Sequence record: MN850595.1
Reading direction: 5' to 3' (one strand)
From: Escherichia phage naswa
Length of the DNA stretch: 64,000 nucleotides
Both the position numbers and the translations under genes were made by a program. Positions 19,183-27,988 of the stretch are shown in pieces (the first letter of the stretch is position 1; each line of letters starts with the position of its first letter). The notes beneath the pieces are model-generated. The model saw only the letters and a list, made by a program, of their open reading frames with translations. It did not search any database and was not told where the DNA came from.

Positions 19183-19250
19183 GAGACTGTGATAGCTATG
19201 TTTTATGATCTTCCTGTAGCGCCACCACCTGTTGAACCAGGAGAACTAAG

Positions 19251-19676
19251 ATGATCTATGAAATGCCAAAACTGATTCGTGACGATGCCCAAAACGCTCA
19301 CACCATTATTATGGGCAAACGCATGGATATTATTTGTCATAAAGATTTCTGGGAAGGAAGTTACTTCACAGAGTATTTTGGTAAACTGGACAATGGTCTG
19401 CTGATCCAGTTCTACACCGATGCGGAAAACAACATTCCCTGGGAGTTCGAAACTGAAGATGTCCATAAACTTTTCACCTTCCTCGGTATTAAGGTTAAGG
19501 CCAAGTTTGAAGAAGGTGAGTGCGACGATTGTGGATTTTATGAGGTAACAGATTTCTACCTTCCTAGCGGTAAGAACCTTTACTATGAAAGCCACTTCGG
19601 TAACTCCAATATGCCACAGTGCTGGACTGAGTTTTTTGAAATTGCGGAAGAGGAGCTGGCTTACCGTGATTATTGA
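19251..19676 (+). CDS. Hypothetical protein
   Basis: 141 aa ORF with GGAGAA RBS. Confidence 0.5.
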   Translation: MIYEMPKLIRDDAQNAHTIIMGKRMDIICHKDFWEGSYFTEYFGKLDNGLLIQFYTDAENNIPWEFETEDVHKLFTFLGIKVKAKFEEGECDDCGFYEVTDFYLPSGKNLYYESHFGNSNMPQCWTEFFEIAEEELAYRDY

Positions 19677-20124
19677 TACTGTAGAGGGAGATTTAATCTC
19701 CCTTTTTAAGAGCGGTGCTGGTCACCTGATCCACGGTTGTAACTGCTTCCACACAATGGGCAAGGGTATAGCAAAACAGATTGCCCGTGAGTTTCCTCAA
19801 GCACTGTCAGCCGACAAAGAGACTAGATACGGTTGCCTAAGTAAACTGGGTGCGTTCTCCCGATGGGAGCACTTATCTCCGATAGGTATTGTCTACGGAA
19901 TCAATCTATATACCCAGTTCTACCCAGGACCTAATGCTGAGTATTTCTCAATCCTGAAAGGCTTTGAGCTAGTCAATGAAGTATTCAGCGGATCGACTTT
20001 ACCATTCTACATCCCTAAGATCGGGTGCGGCATAGGCGGTTTGAAGTGGGAACACGTAGAGGACGTTATTAACCTTGCCACTTTCGACATAGATATTGTC
20101 GTGGTGGAGTACAAAAAGTGTTGA
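19666..20124 (+). CDS. Macrodomain protein, TARG1/OARD1-like (putative ADP-ribose/O-acyl-ADP-ribose hydrolase)
   Basis: HGCNCFHTMGKGIAKQI and IPKIGCGIGGLKWEHV resemble TARG1 motifs HCISEDCRMGAGIAV and MPRIGCGLDRLQWENV; GTG start after GGAAGAGGAG RBS. Confidence 0.7.
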   Translation: MIIDTVEGDLISLFKSGAGHLIHGCNCFHTMGKGIAKQIAREFPQALSADKETRYGCLSKLGAFSRWEHLSPIGIVYGINLYTQFYPGPNAEYFSILKGFELVNEVFSGSTLPFYIPKIGCGIGGLKWEHVEDVINLATFDIDIVVVEYKKC

Positions 20125-20375
20125 CGACCATCTTCTGAGGTGATATAGTTTCCACGACAACTAAGAGAGGAGAGCACTGTGGAGACTAAAATCTTAATTC
20201 TTGCTGTGGTAGATACAACCGAAGGAGCTATATTCGAATCTGCAGGAGGGTATTTCTACCTACCATACGGAAAAAGAACTTCCGAGCCAAGTAAAGATTC
20301 AATCCTCAAAGTGTTCCCGTGTGCTTTCTGGCTGGAGATTTTGGTATAAGATTGCAGAGGATTTGGGAGAGAATT

Positions 20376-20570
20376 ATGAGAAACAAGAAAGAACTTTACT
20401 CCGGTGAGTGGATCAACGATCAACAGGTGGGAGAGGTAACCTGCTTCCGATGTTTTACCAGGTACAATCTTAAAACTGCACCAAAAAGTGTTCCAAAGAC
20501 TGACGGTTACTACATAAAAGAACCTCATTGCCCAAAATGTAAATGCCGATTGTACTGGAGCAATCTGTAA
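20376..20570 (+). CDS. Small zinc-ribbon protein
   Basis: CxxC...CxxC pattern (CFRCF...HCPKCKC); ATG with GGGAGAGA RBS. Confidence 0.45.
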   Translation: MRNKKELYSGEWINDQQVGEVTCFRCFTRYNLKTAPKSVPKTDGYYIKEPHCPKCKCRLYWSNL

Positions 20571-20574
20571 GAGG

Positions 20575-20602
20575 TTGACATCTGAAAACTGCAGTGTATA
20601 AT
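20575..20602 (+). promoter_or_regulatory. Sigma70-like promoter (TTGACA-16-TATAAT)
   Basis: Consensus hexamers upstream of 20634 ORF. Confidence 0.55.
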
Positions 20603-20633
20603 ATACGCATAAACTAACAGAGGGTGATGTATT

Positions 20634-20825
20634 ATGGTAATTTTTAACCGGGATGGTATCATAGTTAGACAGCACCCGTTCCTTGAATACTATCAAATTG
20701 AGCAATGGTGCTACGGGGATTGCAGTCACTCCTATGGGCAAAGTTGGGGATATCGTACAGTTTTTGAATCCACAGACCTTGACAAAGTAAAACAGAAAGT
20801 TTTAGAACTTCTTAACAACAAGTGA
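20634..20825 (+). CDS. Hypothetical protein
   Basis: 63 aa ORF downstream of consensus promoter. Confidence 0.4.
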   Translation: MVIFNRDGIIVRQHPFLEYYQIEQWCYGDCSHSYGQSWGYRTVFESTDLDKVKQKVLELLNNK

Positions 20826-20835
20826 GTATCGTGCC

Positions 20836-21168
20836 ATGGTAACATTGGAAAGACGTAAAGCTATTGCCGCCACACTGGCAGACATCTTTTGGGATTGTAA
20901 TTTAAAATCTACCCGAAATTGTGGTGCATCTGTAGATGTATTATTCCCACGGCCTACTATTGTTGCAATGGGCAACCTGCTCGATGTGGTATATGGAGCA
21001 TGGGACAAGGAAGGTGGATTCTATATCTGGCAACCTGACTACGGGACTTGGAAAGAGGTTAGTGGTTCTTCGGACTTCACTCCTGCAGTGGCTAAAATGG
21101 ATGGCTGGAAAATCTATGTCGGTAACGACATGGAACTGAAAGGCGAAATTGTTTACTGGTTACCTTAA
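20836..21168 (+). CDS. Hypothetical protein
   Basis: 110 aa ORF. Confidence 0.5.
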   Translation: MVTLERRKAIAATLADIFWDCNLKSTRNCGASVDVLFPRPTIVAMGNLLDVVYGAWDKEGGFYIWQPDYGTWKEVSGSSDFTPAVAKMDGWKIYVGNDMELKGEIVYWLP

Positions 21169-21189
21169 GAAAGTCCAGGAGATAAAGTT

Positions 21190-21435
21190 ATGAACAAAGG
21201 GTGGACATTTGTAGACGGCGTTAAAAACATGCCTCTAGGAAAGTATATTGTAGCCATGGCAGATGAGAATGGCAAGGTTGATTTCGGAGTTTGCGAGGTT
21301 GTTCTTGCAGGATCTGGTGACTATGCTCACAAAACTGGGATAATTAACGGTCATTTCTACTTTGATTACAACCCTGTTGTGGCGTATATGGCTATGCCAG
21401 AGTTCGAGCTCCCAAAGGAAGGTGCAGATGTTTAA
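21190..21435 (+). CDS. Hypothetical protein
   Basis: 81 aa ORF with AGGAGA RBS. Confidence 0.5.
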   Translation: MNKGWTFVDGVKNMPLGKYIVAMADENGKVDFGVCEVVLAGSGDYAHKTGIINGHFYFDYNPVVAYMAMPEFELPKEGADV

Positions 21436-21625
21436 GCTTAAATCTGCATGGAACATCGCTGTGGGGGACGAGATCCGTATCCCAGGTGGAAAGACCATTA
21501 TGAAAATATCTCGTATCGAGTACGAAGGTGATCGTGTATTTCATATCTTTGCAGAAGATGGTCGAGAAATTTATATACAGGCAGGCTCTCACATCTATAT
21601 TCGTAAGAAAGGGGAGGACAAATGA
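21428..21625 (+). CDS. Hypothetical protein
   Basis: Start set to ATG after GAAGGTG; overlaps upstream stop. Confidence 0.45.
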   Translation: MFKLKSAWNIAVGDEIRIPGGKTIMKISRIEYEGDRVFHIFAEDGREIYIQAGSHIYIRKKGEDK

Positions 21626-21951
21626 CAGAGATCATCATTTCAACTGCAGGGTATGTATTCCTGACAATCATTGCGCTGGCTATTCTGGTGGCGGTGTATG
21701 GATTTGTTATCCTTCCTATTCTTGAGACATTTAGTTTGTGTCGGTGTTGGAGAAAAGCTTACGGTCCACAACCATGGAAGGACTGGCCCCACCTGGTGCG
21801 CTTAGCGTTCTCTTATGCTTACGATCACTCCAGTAGTGCATGCATAACCGGATACCACGCCCACAACTGGAGCTGGGAAGGGTTGAGGAAATGGAATGTT
21901 ACAAAGACCATACCTCTGCGCATGTACAAACCTAAAAACAAAGACAACTGA
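21622..21951 (+). CDS. Hypothetical membrane protein
   Basis: N-terminal hydrophobic helix; ATGA overlap. Confidence 0.5.
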   Translation: MTEIIISTAGYVFLTIIALAILVAVYGFVILPILETFSLCRCWRKAYGPQPWKDWPHLVRLAFSYAYDHSSSACITGYHAHNWSWEGLRKWNVTKTIPLRMYKPKNKDN

Positions 21952-21984
21952 TACTTGAAAATTCCTGGCATATCAAGTATAAGG

Positions 21985-22450
21985 GGGATTTCTAAAATGG
22001 ATTTCCTCCTTTTGATATTTCACCGGGCTGGATATTTTAAAATTCTTAGAAAATCAGAAAATGGATCGAAAACTAAAATGGATTTTTCAGAGTAGGCGCG
22101 ACAAGCTGAATAGCTCATCCTATCGTTTGCACCATATTCCAGACCACCATTATAGATTTCCCACACATGCTAACCTCCCTCTACTAGAACTTCCTCCACT
22201 TACCCTTGACCTTCTATGGTAACAATCTAACCACTATCTTGAAGTTGCGGTGCAGCTTTCCAGGTACTCGATCTACTTTTCATTTCAGGGCTTGGATTTT
22301 CTGAAAATTTTTCTCGATAAATTTCTCAGTACTCGATCTGTTTTTCGTTTTCTGAATCGGATTTTCTGGAAATCGTTCCGGATCTCGACCTGAAATTTTT
22401 GGGGACGAAATCTATTTTTCGTTTTCAGAAATGGATTTTTAAAATTTCTA
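21985..22450. repeat. Iteron-like direct repeats (AAAATGGATTT units) plus ~55-bp tandem repeats
   Basis: At least four AAAATGGAT(T/C) units and two to three copies of a GTACTCGATCT...GGATTTTCTG unit. Confidence 0.6.
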
Positions 22451-22916
22451 TATGGGAATATTTTATGGGGCACTGTTTTATAGGAAATTGTTACGGAGGG
22501 TAATTAGCATGCTAATTAAATTTATTAAATGCGAGGGATTCTTATTTAGAATTTTGAATGATAATTATTCTCGTTTGCAGAATAACGGGCAGGCCCGGTG
22601 ATTGTCTCCCGGCCCCTGCTGCCCCGGCTTGTTATTATAGTATCACACAGGACAAAGAAGGCAAGGATTTTTTGCATAAATTTTTAAATGATAATGATAA
22701 CCGTTCTCATTTTATGAAGCGCCCATCCCCGGTGGTTGTCTCCCCCGTCACCGGTGCCTGCCGTCCTTTCGATAGGTATATTATGCCGCCTGGCGGGGCC
22801 GCTGTCAACACTTTTCAAAAAATTTTTCTAACCTGATGCGCTAACCGTTGCAACCTGGCGGGGCCAGCCTGGCAGGTCCGCACTATAAAGTAAACAGCTA
22901 CAGAAGAGGTACAAAA

Positions 22917-23075
22917 ATGAAAGGTAATGCTACTCGCCTGGGAAATGTAGTGATTAATGATACGGAAGCTATCGCCCTGGTTGAAAAGGTTATGGCGGGA
23001 GCGTTGGAACATAAAGAAGAGTACGAAAAAATGGTGGTTAACCTGGCGGGGGGCGGCAGGTGGATTCTATCATAA
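22917..23075 (+). CDS. Small hypothetical protein
   Basis: ATG with AGAAGAGG RBS downstream of TATAAAGTAAAC-type promoter element. Confidence 0.4.
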   Translation: MKGNATRLGNVVINDTEAIALVEKVMAGALEHKEEYEKMVVNLAGGGRWILS

Positions 23076-23094
23076 AAATAATTTAAAATAGTCG

Positions 23095-23123
23095 TTGACA
23101 ACAAGGTTAATCATGGTATTATT
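23095..23123 (+). promoter_or_regulatory. Sigma70-like promoter (TTGACA-17-ATTATT)
   Basis: Consensus -35, reasonable -10; track ORF start coincides with -35 so true start taken downstream. Confidence 0.45.
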
Positions 23124-23172
23124 ACCCTACAAGGTGAACAACACCGCACTAACCAGTAAAGAGGATAAATTT

Positions 23173-23370
23173 ATGAACGCATACGGGATCAAAGTACGTC
23201 GCAACACTCGCCAGGTGGTCACCAATCAAGTGATTTGCCGGGTGGATGTAACCATCAACAACGGGCAAGGCCTTTATAAATTTCGTCGCGGTCATAGCTA
23301 TACCCTGCAACAGCTTAATCGTTGCGCCCTGACAAAAGGTCAGATCAACCACTGGTTTAATAAAAAATAA
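23173..23370 (+). CDS. Small hypothetical protein
   Basis: ATG with AAAGAGGA RBS. Confidence 0.45.
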   Translation: MNAYGIKVRRNTRQVVTNQVICRVDVTINNGQGLYKFRRGHSYTLQQLNRCALTKGQINHWFNKK

Positions 23371-23373
23371 GTA

Positions 23374-23402
23374 TTGACATACAGTCCGACACCAAATACA
23401 CT
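23374..23402 (+). promoter_or_regulatory. Sigma70-like promoter (TTGACA-17-TACACT)
   Basis: Consensus -35 and spacing; followed by CA-rich leader. Confidence 0.5.
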
Positions 23403-23434
23403 AAAAGCACAAAAGACACTAAGAGGATAAAATC

Positions 23435-23833
23435 ATGAAAACCACTACCTTTAATTTTGATAATGCAGACTTTTCTTTTTCTGATGTCAAGAACTGCCGC
23501 CGTGATCGTGGATTTTACAAGGCTTATAATCTGGTGGGCCTGGACGATGACAATAATTTGCACGAAGTAGCTGAGATCCGGTATTATGCCGCCGCCAGCG
23601 GGAACACTCACTACTGCGTGTTTTGGATTCACGACAACAAGAACAATAAGTACGGTTATACTGGCGGCAAGGCGAGCGGTCACGGTTACGATAAAGCTAA
23701 CGCAGCACTTGAGAGCGCATTAAATGCTATGGGGATCACTGCCGACGGCTGGATCTACGAAGAAGAGTTTTTGTCGGCACTTGCTGACCACCTGGGCTAT
23801 AAAAAACACATTGTAACATGCGCCCACGAATAA
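23435..23833 (+). CDS. Hypothetical protein
   Basis: 132 aa ORF with AAGAGGA RBS and own promoter. Confidence 0.55.
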   Translation: MKTTTFNFDNADFSFSDVKNCRRDRGFYKAYNLVGLDDDNNLHEVAEIRYYAAASGNTHYCVFWIHDNKNNKYGYTGGKASGHGYDKANAALESALNAMGITADGWIYEEEFLSALADHLGYKKHIVTCAHE

Positions 23834-23915
23834 AAATCATTGACACGCTGCAAAATTTAAGTAAACTAGACACAAAAGGCGGGAATGTTTCCCGCCAGCA
23901 CAAAGGAAAAAGATC

Positions 23916-24311
23916 ATGAATAAGAACGTACGCCGCATCATGAACGAACTGGCAAACGATGAAAAAATTATTGATATGCATTTGGTCAACATTTGCCGCC
24001 GTTGTGTAACATATAACAACCGCGCCGCAAAAGCGCGTGAGATGAACGCAAAAGGCACCTTAAAGCCCTTTCAGGTGGTTGTAAAATCTATAACTAGCGC
24101 AGCAGGCCAGGCGCAGGACCACAACAACGAGAGCGCTAATATTGATCCGTCTTACGTAATGAAACGGATCCGGACTTGCAAGAATAAAGAGCAGGTATAT
24201 AACGTCATAGATTGGCTGGACTCCCTGGGCGATGTGGTTTACAATAGGTTTTCTGCAGCTATCGAGATCCAGCTTGACAGATTGGACGGGAAAGTACTAA
24301 AAACTTATTGA
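23916..24311 (+). CDS. Hypothetical protein
   Basis: 131 aa ORF; leader hairpin GGCGGGAA-TGT-TTCCCGCC then CA-rich tract and RBS. Confidence 0.55.
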   Translation: MNKNVRRIMNELANDEKIIDMHLVNICRRCVTYNNRAAKAREMNAKGTLKPFQVVVKSITSAAGQAQDHNNESANIDPSYVMKRIRTCKNKEQVYNVIDWLDSLGDVVYNRFSAAIEIQLDRLDGKVLKTY

Positions 24312-24315
24312 GTTT

Positions 24316-24358
24316 ATTTTTAGATGGCCTTGACACCAGGGCCATCAATAAAGTAAAC
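24316..24358 (+). promoter_or_regulatory. Conserved ~45-bp promoter module, copy 1
   Basis: TTATTTTTAGATGGCCTTGACACCAGGGCCATCAATAAAGTAAAC; -35 TTGACA inside 7-bp inverted repeat GATGGCC/GGCCATC. Confidence 0.55.
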
Positions 24359-24391
24359 TAACCACAGTTGAGCGGAAAAGGGGGCTTAAAG

Positions 24392-24511
24392 ATGAGCACT
24401 ACACGCCAGCACACAAAGGTAACCATCATCGTTTGCATCATTGGGTACATCCTGGCGCAAATGTTGATGGGTAGCGCCAACGGTGTCGCAAAATTTTTCT
24501 TAAACTTTTAA
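24392..24511 (+). CDS. Small membrane peptide (39 aa), not in ORF track
   Basis: ATG after GGGGG RBS downstream of module promoter; hydrophobic core VTIIVCIIGYILAQMLMG. Confidence 0.35.
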   Translation: MSTTRQHTKVTIIVCIIGYILAQMLMGSANGVAKFFLNF

Positions 24512-24512
24512 T

Positions 24513-24540
24513 TGACAAGCTAACTTAAATCGATATAATA
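24513..24540 (+). promoter_or_regulatory. Sigma70-like promoter (TTGACA-16-TATAAT)
   Basis: Consensus hexamers upstream of 24591 gene. Confidence 0.55.
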
Positions 24541-24590
24541 AGCACATAAACGGGAAAACTTCCCAGAACACACAAAAGGAGAAAAACACC

Positions 24591-24932
24591 ATGACTACTA
24601 TGACCGCCTCAGAAAAAGCTATGCAGATCGCTGAACTGAAAAAACAGATCGCAGACCTTGAGAATAAGATCGATAACTTTGAAATCGACGAGGACAAGTA
24701 CGACGAAAACTATGATGAATGGTTAGACGAGATCTACGGCGAAATTATGATCGGAAACATTTCTTTTCTTCCGTCGCGTATCCTCAAGGAGCTAGATCCT
24801 ATCGCTTACCGCTGCGGATTTAGCGACTACATCGACAGCCTGGATATTGAGGACGATGAAGAATACCAGGAATTACAGACAGAGTTAGAAGAAGCAAAAG
24901 AAGAGCTTGCGGAGCTGGAAGAAAACGAGTAA
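24591..24932 (+). CDS. Highly acidic small protein (possible DNA mimic)
   Basis: 113 aa, Asp/Glu-rich throughout; own promoter and AAGGAGA RBS. Confidence 0.55.
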   Translation: MTTMTASEKAMQIAELKKQIADLENKIDNFEIDEDKYDENYDEWLDEIYGEIMIGNISFLPSRILKELDPIAYRCGFSDYIDSLDIEDDEEYQELQTELEEAKEELAELEENE

Positions 24933-24933
24933 G

Positions 24934-24976
24934 CTTATTTTTAGATGGCCTTGACACCAGGGCCATCAATAAAGTA
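24934..24976 (+). promoter_or_regulatory. Conserved ~45-bp promoter module, copy 2
   Basis: Near-identical to 24316-24358. Confidence 0.55.
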
Positions 24977-25021
24977 AACTTTATACTGTTAACACTGAAC
25001 TAATGCATAGGAGTTAAAACC

Positions 25022-25267
25022 ATGGCAGCACTAATCACCAAATATTATGCCCCTACCAACACCAAAAGCGCCCGTATCATGGTAAAAGGCTTCGGACGTA
25101 AAAAGGTGTACACCTGGGATTATGCCTTAGACACGGAAGACAACTACACCAACGCAATGACCGATTTTATTAATGAACTAAATAAGCAGATCTTGACAAG
25201 TTATAAAGTGACCGATATTGCTTATATAGGTGAAGGCGGGATCTGTTTTGTAGGCATTGTGAAATAG
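25022..25267 (+). CDS. Hypothetical protein
   Basis: 81 aa ORF with AGGAG RBS. Confidence 0.5.
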   Translation: MAALITKYYAPTNTKSARIMVKGFGRKKVYTWDYALDTEDNYTNAMTDFINELNKQILTSYKVTDIAYIGEGGICFVGIVK

Positions 25268-25310
25268 TTATTTTTTCGGTGGTCCTGGTTGCAGGGCCAT
25301 CTATAAAGAT
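25268..25310 (+). promoter_or_regulatory. Promoter module, diverged copy
   Basis: T-run, GGTCCTG/CAGGGCC inverted repeat around TTGCAG, then CTATAAAGATAAT. Confidence 0.4.
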
Positions 25311-25341
25311 AATTTATTAACACCATGAAAGGAGAAAGTAC

Positions 25342-25695
25342 ATGATCAGCGGGGCAAGTTTTATTATTGGCGCTATTGCTACGGCTTTAATTGTAAATAA
25401 GATCCAGGATAAAAAGGAAAGAGGAAGTACCGCCCTTGCAGAATATCCATTTTGGGCATTCAACGATAACGAAGATTATATTATAAAGTATAAAAATAAA
25501 GAAGGTGACCAAGTAACACCGCGACCGATCCCGGCTTACAAAATGCAGGAAACACTATACCGCCTGGAGGCGGGAGGCGCAAAAATTGTAGACTTTTGGG
25601 GATACGACCACACAGATCAGGAAGTTATAAAGCGCCGTATCCGGGCTATTCAGGCCAATATTGAAGTTAGCAAGGGGGGAATATATGAAAATTAA
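25342..25695 (+). CDS. Hypothetical membrane-anchored protein
   Basis: N-terminal TM helix; GGAGA RBS. Confidence 0.5.
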   Translation: MISGASFIIGAIATALIVNKIQDKKERGSTALAEYPFWAFNDNEDYIIKYKNKEGDQVTPRPIPAYKMQETLYRLEAGGAKIVDFWGYDHTDQEVIKRRIRAIQANIEVSKGGIYEN

Positions 25696-25882
25696 TTTCG
25701 AGAAAATTGTAAAGCGCCCTCATGATTCCGAAGAGCTGCCAGAACGCCGCCAGCGTAACAATAAACTGAATAAGCCAAAAAGGTTTGGGAAGATCTGGCG
25801 TAATCATTATGATCGTAAATTGCCCGGCCTACTTTTGGAACGTGAACGACAGGCAGAACGATACCGCCATAAAGACAAATAA
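25685..25882 (+). CDS. Small basic protein
   Basis: Lys/Arg-rich 65 aa; GGGGGA RBS; followed by terminator. Confidence 0.4.
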   Translation: MKINFEKIVKRPHDSEELPERRQRNNKLNKPKRFGKIWRNHYDRKLPGLLLERERQAERYRHKDK

Positions 25883-25890
25883 CAACCAAC

Positions 25891-25918
25891 GCCCCGCCAT
25901 TGTGCGGGGCTTTTTATT
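25891..25918 (+). terminator. Rho-independent terminator
   Basis: GCCCCGC-cattgt-GCGGGGC followed by TTTTTATTT. Confidence 0.65.
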
Positions 25919-26063
25919 TCTATCCTACGAATAGCGCCCCTGGTTGGCCCCACAAACGCCACAAAAGCCCCTACCTATGCAATCCCCTTTCTTGACCTGA
26001 AAACAACGTCTAGGGCCGTTTTATGGCGTTAAAAATATTATTGACAGTGATTTTATTCAAAGC

Positions 26064-26092
26064 TTGACACCTTGGAATAGTCCGGATATACT
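26064..26092 (+). promoter_or_regulatory. Sigma70-like promoter (TTGACA-17-TATACT)
   Basis: Consensus hexamers; second TTGACA lies 20 bp upstream. Confidence 0.5.
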
Positions 26093-26123
26093 AACCACAT
26101 CAAAGCAAGAAGGAGTAAACGCC

Positions 26124-26384
26124 ATGCGTAAATTAAAAAATTTTGATAAAGTAGATGTTGTCCTGAATAATTTTTACTACTGCAATAATAAAGCCGTTTG
26201 GTGGCGTGATAGTTCCACCGATAAAGTTAAAGCGCGCTTTCTCCAGGGGCACTGGCAAGGCCGCCCAGTGATTAAAATCTTAGGGCAATTGGTAGCGTTT
26301 AAAAATTGCCACCGTGTTGACGACGTTGAAGATATTTTGAACATTTTACGCCACAATAATTTAAAAAATAGTGTTGACAAGTAA
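26124..26384 (+). CDS. Hypothetical protein
   Basis: ATG after AAGGAG RBS. Confidence 0.5.
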   Translation: MRKLKNFDKVDVVLNNFYYCNNKAVWWRDSSTDKVKARFLQGHWQGRPVIKILGQLVAFKNCHRVDDVEDILNILRHNNLKNSVDK

Positions 26385-26401
26385 GCCTCAATAAGTATAC
26401 T
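26374..26401 (+). promoter_or_regulatory. Sigma70-like promoter (TTGACA-16-TATACT)
   Basis: Consensus hexamers overlapping end of upstream gene. Confidence 0.5.
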
Positions 26402-26458
26402 TAAACACACAGGCGGGAAAACTTCCCGCCACTAACAAAGAAAATAGGAGAAAATATC

Positions 26459-27082
26459 ATGACCACCGTTAACATTACTACAGGTTACAATTTATCTTTC
26501 GACGTGCTGACCGACGAACAAAAAGAAAAAGCCGTTGAAATGGTCCGCGAAAGAGAAGAACACAGCGGGGATAATTTTTTTGCAGAAAGTGTAATTGAAT
26601 ACTATAAAGAATATGTTTTTCCAGAGTATGGCCTTGAAGATACCGAAGTACATTGGTCAGGCTTTTGGTGCCAGGGTGACGGCGCGTCAATCAGTGCGGA
26701 AAACGTGGATTTAGAAAAATTCTTGCGTAAAGTAAAGGCCCTGACCAAGTTCCGATCAATTCGTCACTTGTTCGGCACAATGCACGATGGCGAGCTATCC
26801 GCAAGTGTTGAGCGTGATCCATATAGCCGCTATAGTCACGAAAACACTGTAAGCGGGTACATCGATACTACATGGCTAGACCTGACCGCCAAACAAGAAA
26901 ATAAAGTGGAAGATCTGGAAGAGCTGATCACCGAGACGGTACGGGAGCTATCCCGCAAGGTTTACGTAGACCTGGAGGAGGCCTATCTTGAGCAATTTAC
27001 CGCCGAAAACTTGATCGGCCTTATCGAGGCAAATGATTGGCGGTTTGATGTGGATGAGCATGGCGAGATGAGTTTTTCATAA
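26459..27082 (+). CDS. Hypothetical protein (largest of the early small-gene array, 207 aa)
   Basis: Leader hairpin GGCGGGAA-AAC-TTCCCGCC then CA-rich tract and AGGAGA RBS; no recognisable motif. Confidence 0.55.
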   Translation: MTTVNITTGYNLSFDVLTDEQKEKAVEMVREREEHSGDNFFAESVIEYYKEYVFPEYGLEDTEVHWSGFWCQGDGASISAENVDLEKFLRKVKALTKFRSIRHLFGTMHDGELSASVERDPYSRYSHENTVSGYIDTTWLDLTAKQENKVEDLEELITETVRELSRKVYVDLEEAYLEQFTAENLIGLIEANDWRFDVDEHGEMSFS

Positions 27083-27171
27083 ATAAAGTGTTGCAATAAT
27101 CTAAAAACCTGCTATATTAAAACTCAAGGGGCAAGACGTTTGCCCCCACACAAAACAAAGAGGAAAACATC

Positions 27172-27552
27172 ATGAAAAACACTACTAAAGCTATTGACAC
27201 CGTCATGTTTAACCTGGTTACATTCCGTGAAGATATGAAAGATCTTCCTCGTGAAACAGTGTGCGACCATATCGAAAACTATCGCAAACTAATCAAAGAG
27301 TTGCCTTTAAAACGTGATCAATATGCGGCTAACGCCATGCTTAATGCCATGATCAAAAAGATGATCCAGTGTGATTTAACCCTGGCCTATGATTATGCAG
27401 GCGGTCGTTTTGCAGTATACAATCAGCCCGTGCCCGGTATGAGCACCACCGAAGAATTGCACGCGCTCAATCTAAAACAAGACGTGTGGGATAGTATGCC
27501 TCGCGTGGTGGTATGGGTAGAAAGCGGAAAGATTTACGGCGATAATTTTTAA
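27172..27552 (+). CDS. Hypothetical protein
   Basis: 126 aa ORF with own promoter, leader hairpin and AAGAGGA RBS. Confidence 0.55.
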   Translation: MKNTTKAIDTVMFNLVTFREDMKDLPRETVCDHIENYRKLIKELPLKRDQYAANAMLNAMIKKMIQCDLTLAYDYAGGRFAVYNQPVPGMSTTEELHALNLKQDVWDSMPRVVVWVESGKIYGDNF

Positions 27553-27616
27553 TCAGGTAGCAGGCGGCATATTTGCCGCCTTATTGTTAATCAGAACTGT
27601 AAAAGAGGTACATAGA

Positions 27617-27988
27617 ATGGAATTTATTATTTTGGCTGTATTTGTTGCCTTGTTCAACGCCTGGATCGCTGGCAAGATGGGTAGATCCGCCTTTTTATGG
27701 TTTATTATATCTATTTTCCTGGGGGTGGTTGCAACTATTGTACTTGTTATCCTTGCAATTGTTGACAAGGGGAATAATAGAAAGGGTAAAGTATTTTCAG
27801 ACCTGTACGACGCTCAAACGTTTGTCAACGCCTATTATAGTGATCTTCCAGTCTCCCTACGCTGCAGCCTGGCACAACAAGTTTTCGATGAGGCTAAAAC
27901 CAGAGATCAAGCCCATGAGATATGTTTAACTGAGGCGGATCGCCTATTTGAGAGGAATAGAAAATATGTGGGCCAACCGTTTAAATAA
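27617..27988 (+). CDS. Hypothetical membrane protein
   Basis: Two predicted TM helices; ATG after AAGAGG RBS. Confidence 0.5.
   Translation: MEFIILAVFVALFNAWIAGKMGRSAFLWFIISIFLGVVATIVLVILAIVDKGNNRKGKVFSDLYDAQTFVNAYYSDLPVSLRCSLAQQVFDEAKTRDQAHEICLTEADRLFERNRKYVGQPFK

Noticed and set aside
22285-22836. Track ORFs 22285-22473 (minus) and 22558-22836 (plus)
   Set aside because: Both fall in the repeat-rich non-coding region, lack RBSs and are composed of repeat-derived low-complexity sequence.
24316-24358. Hairpin of the repeated 45-bp module as an intrinsic terminator
   Set aside because: The T-run precedes rather than follows the stem on the plus strand and no U-tract follows on either strand; a promoter/operator reading fits better.
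23095-26124. Track ORF starts at 15458, 23095 and 26064
   Set aside because: These starts coincide with promoter -35 hexamers; the first ATG with an RBS downstream of the promoter was used instead.
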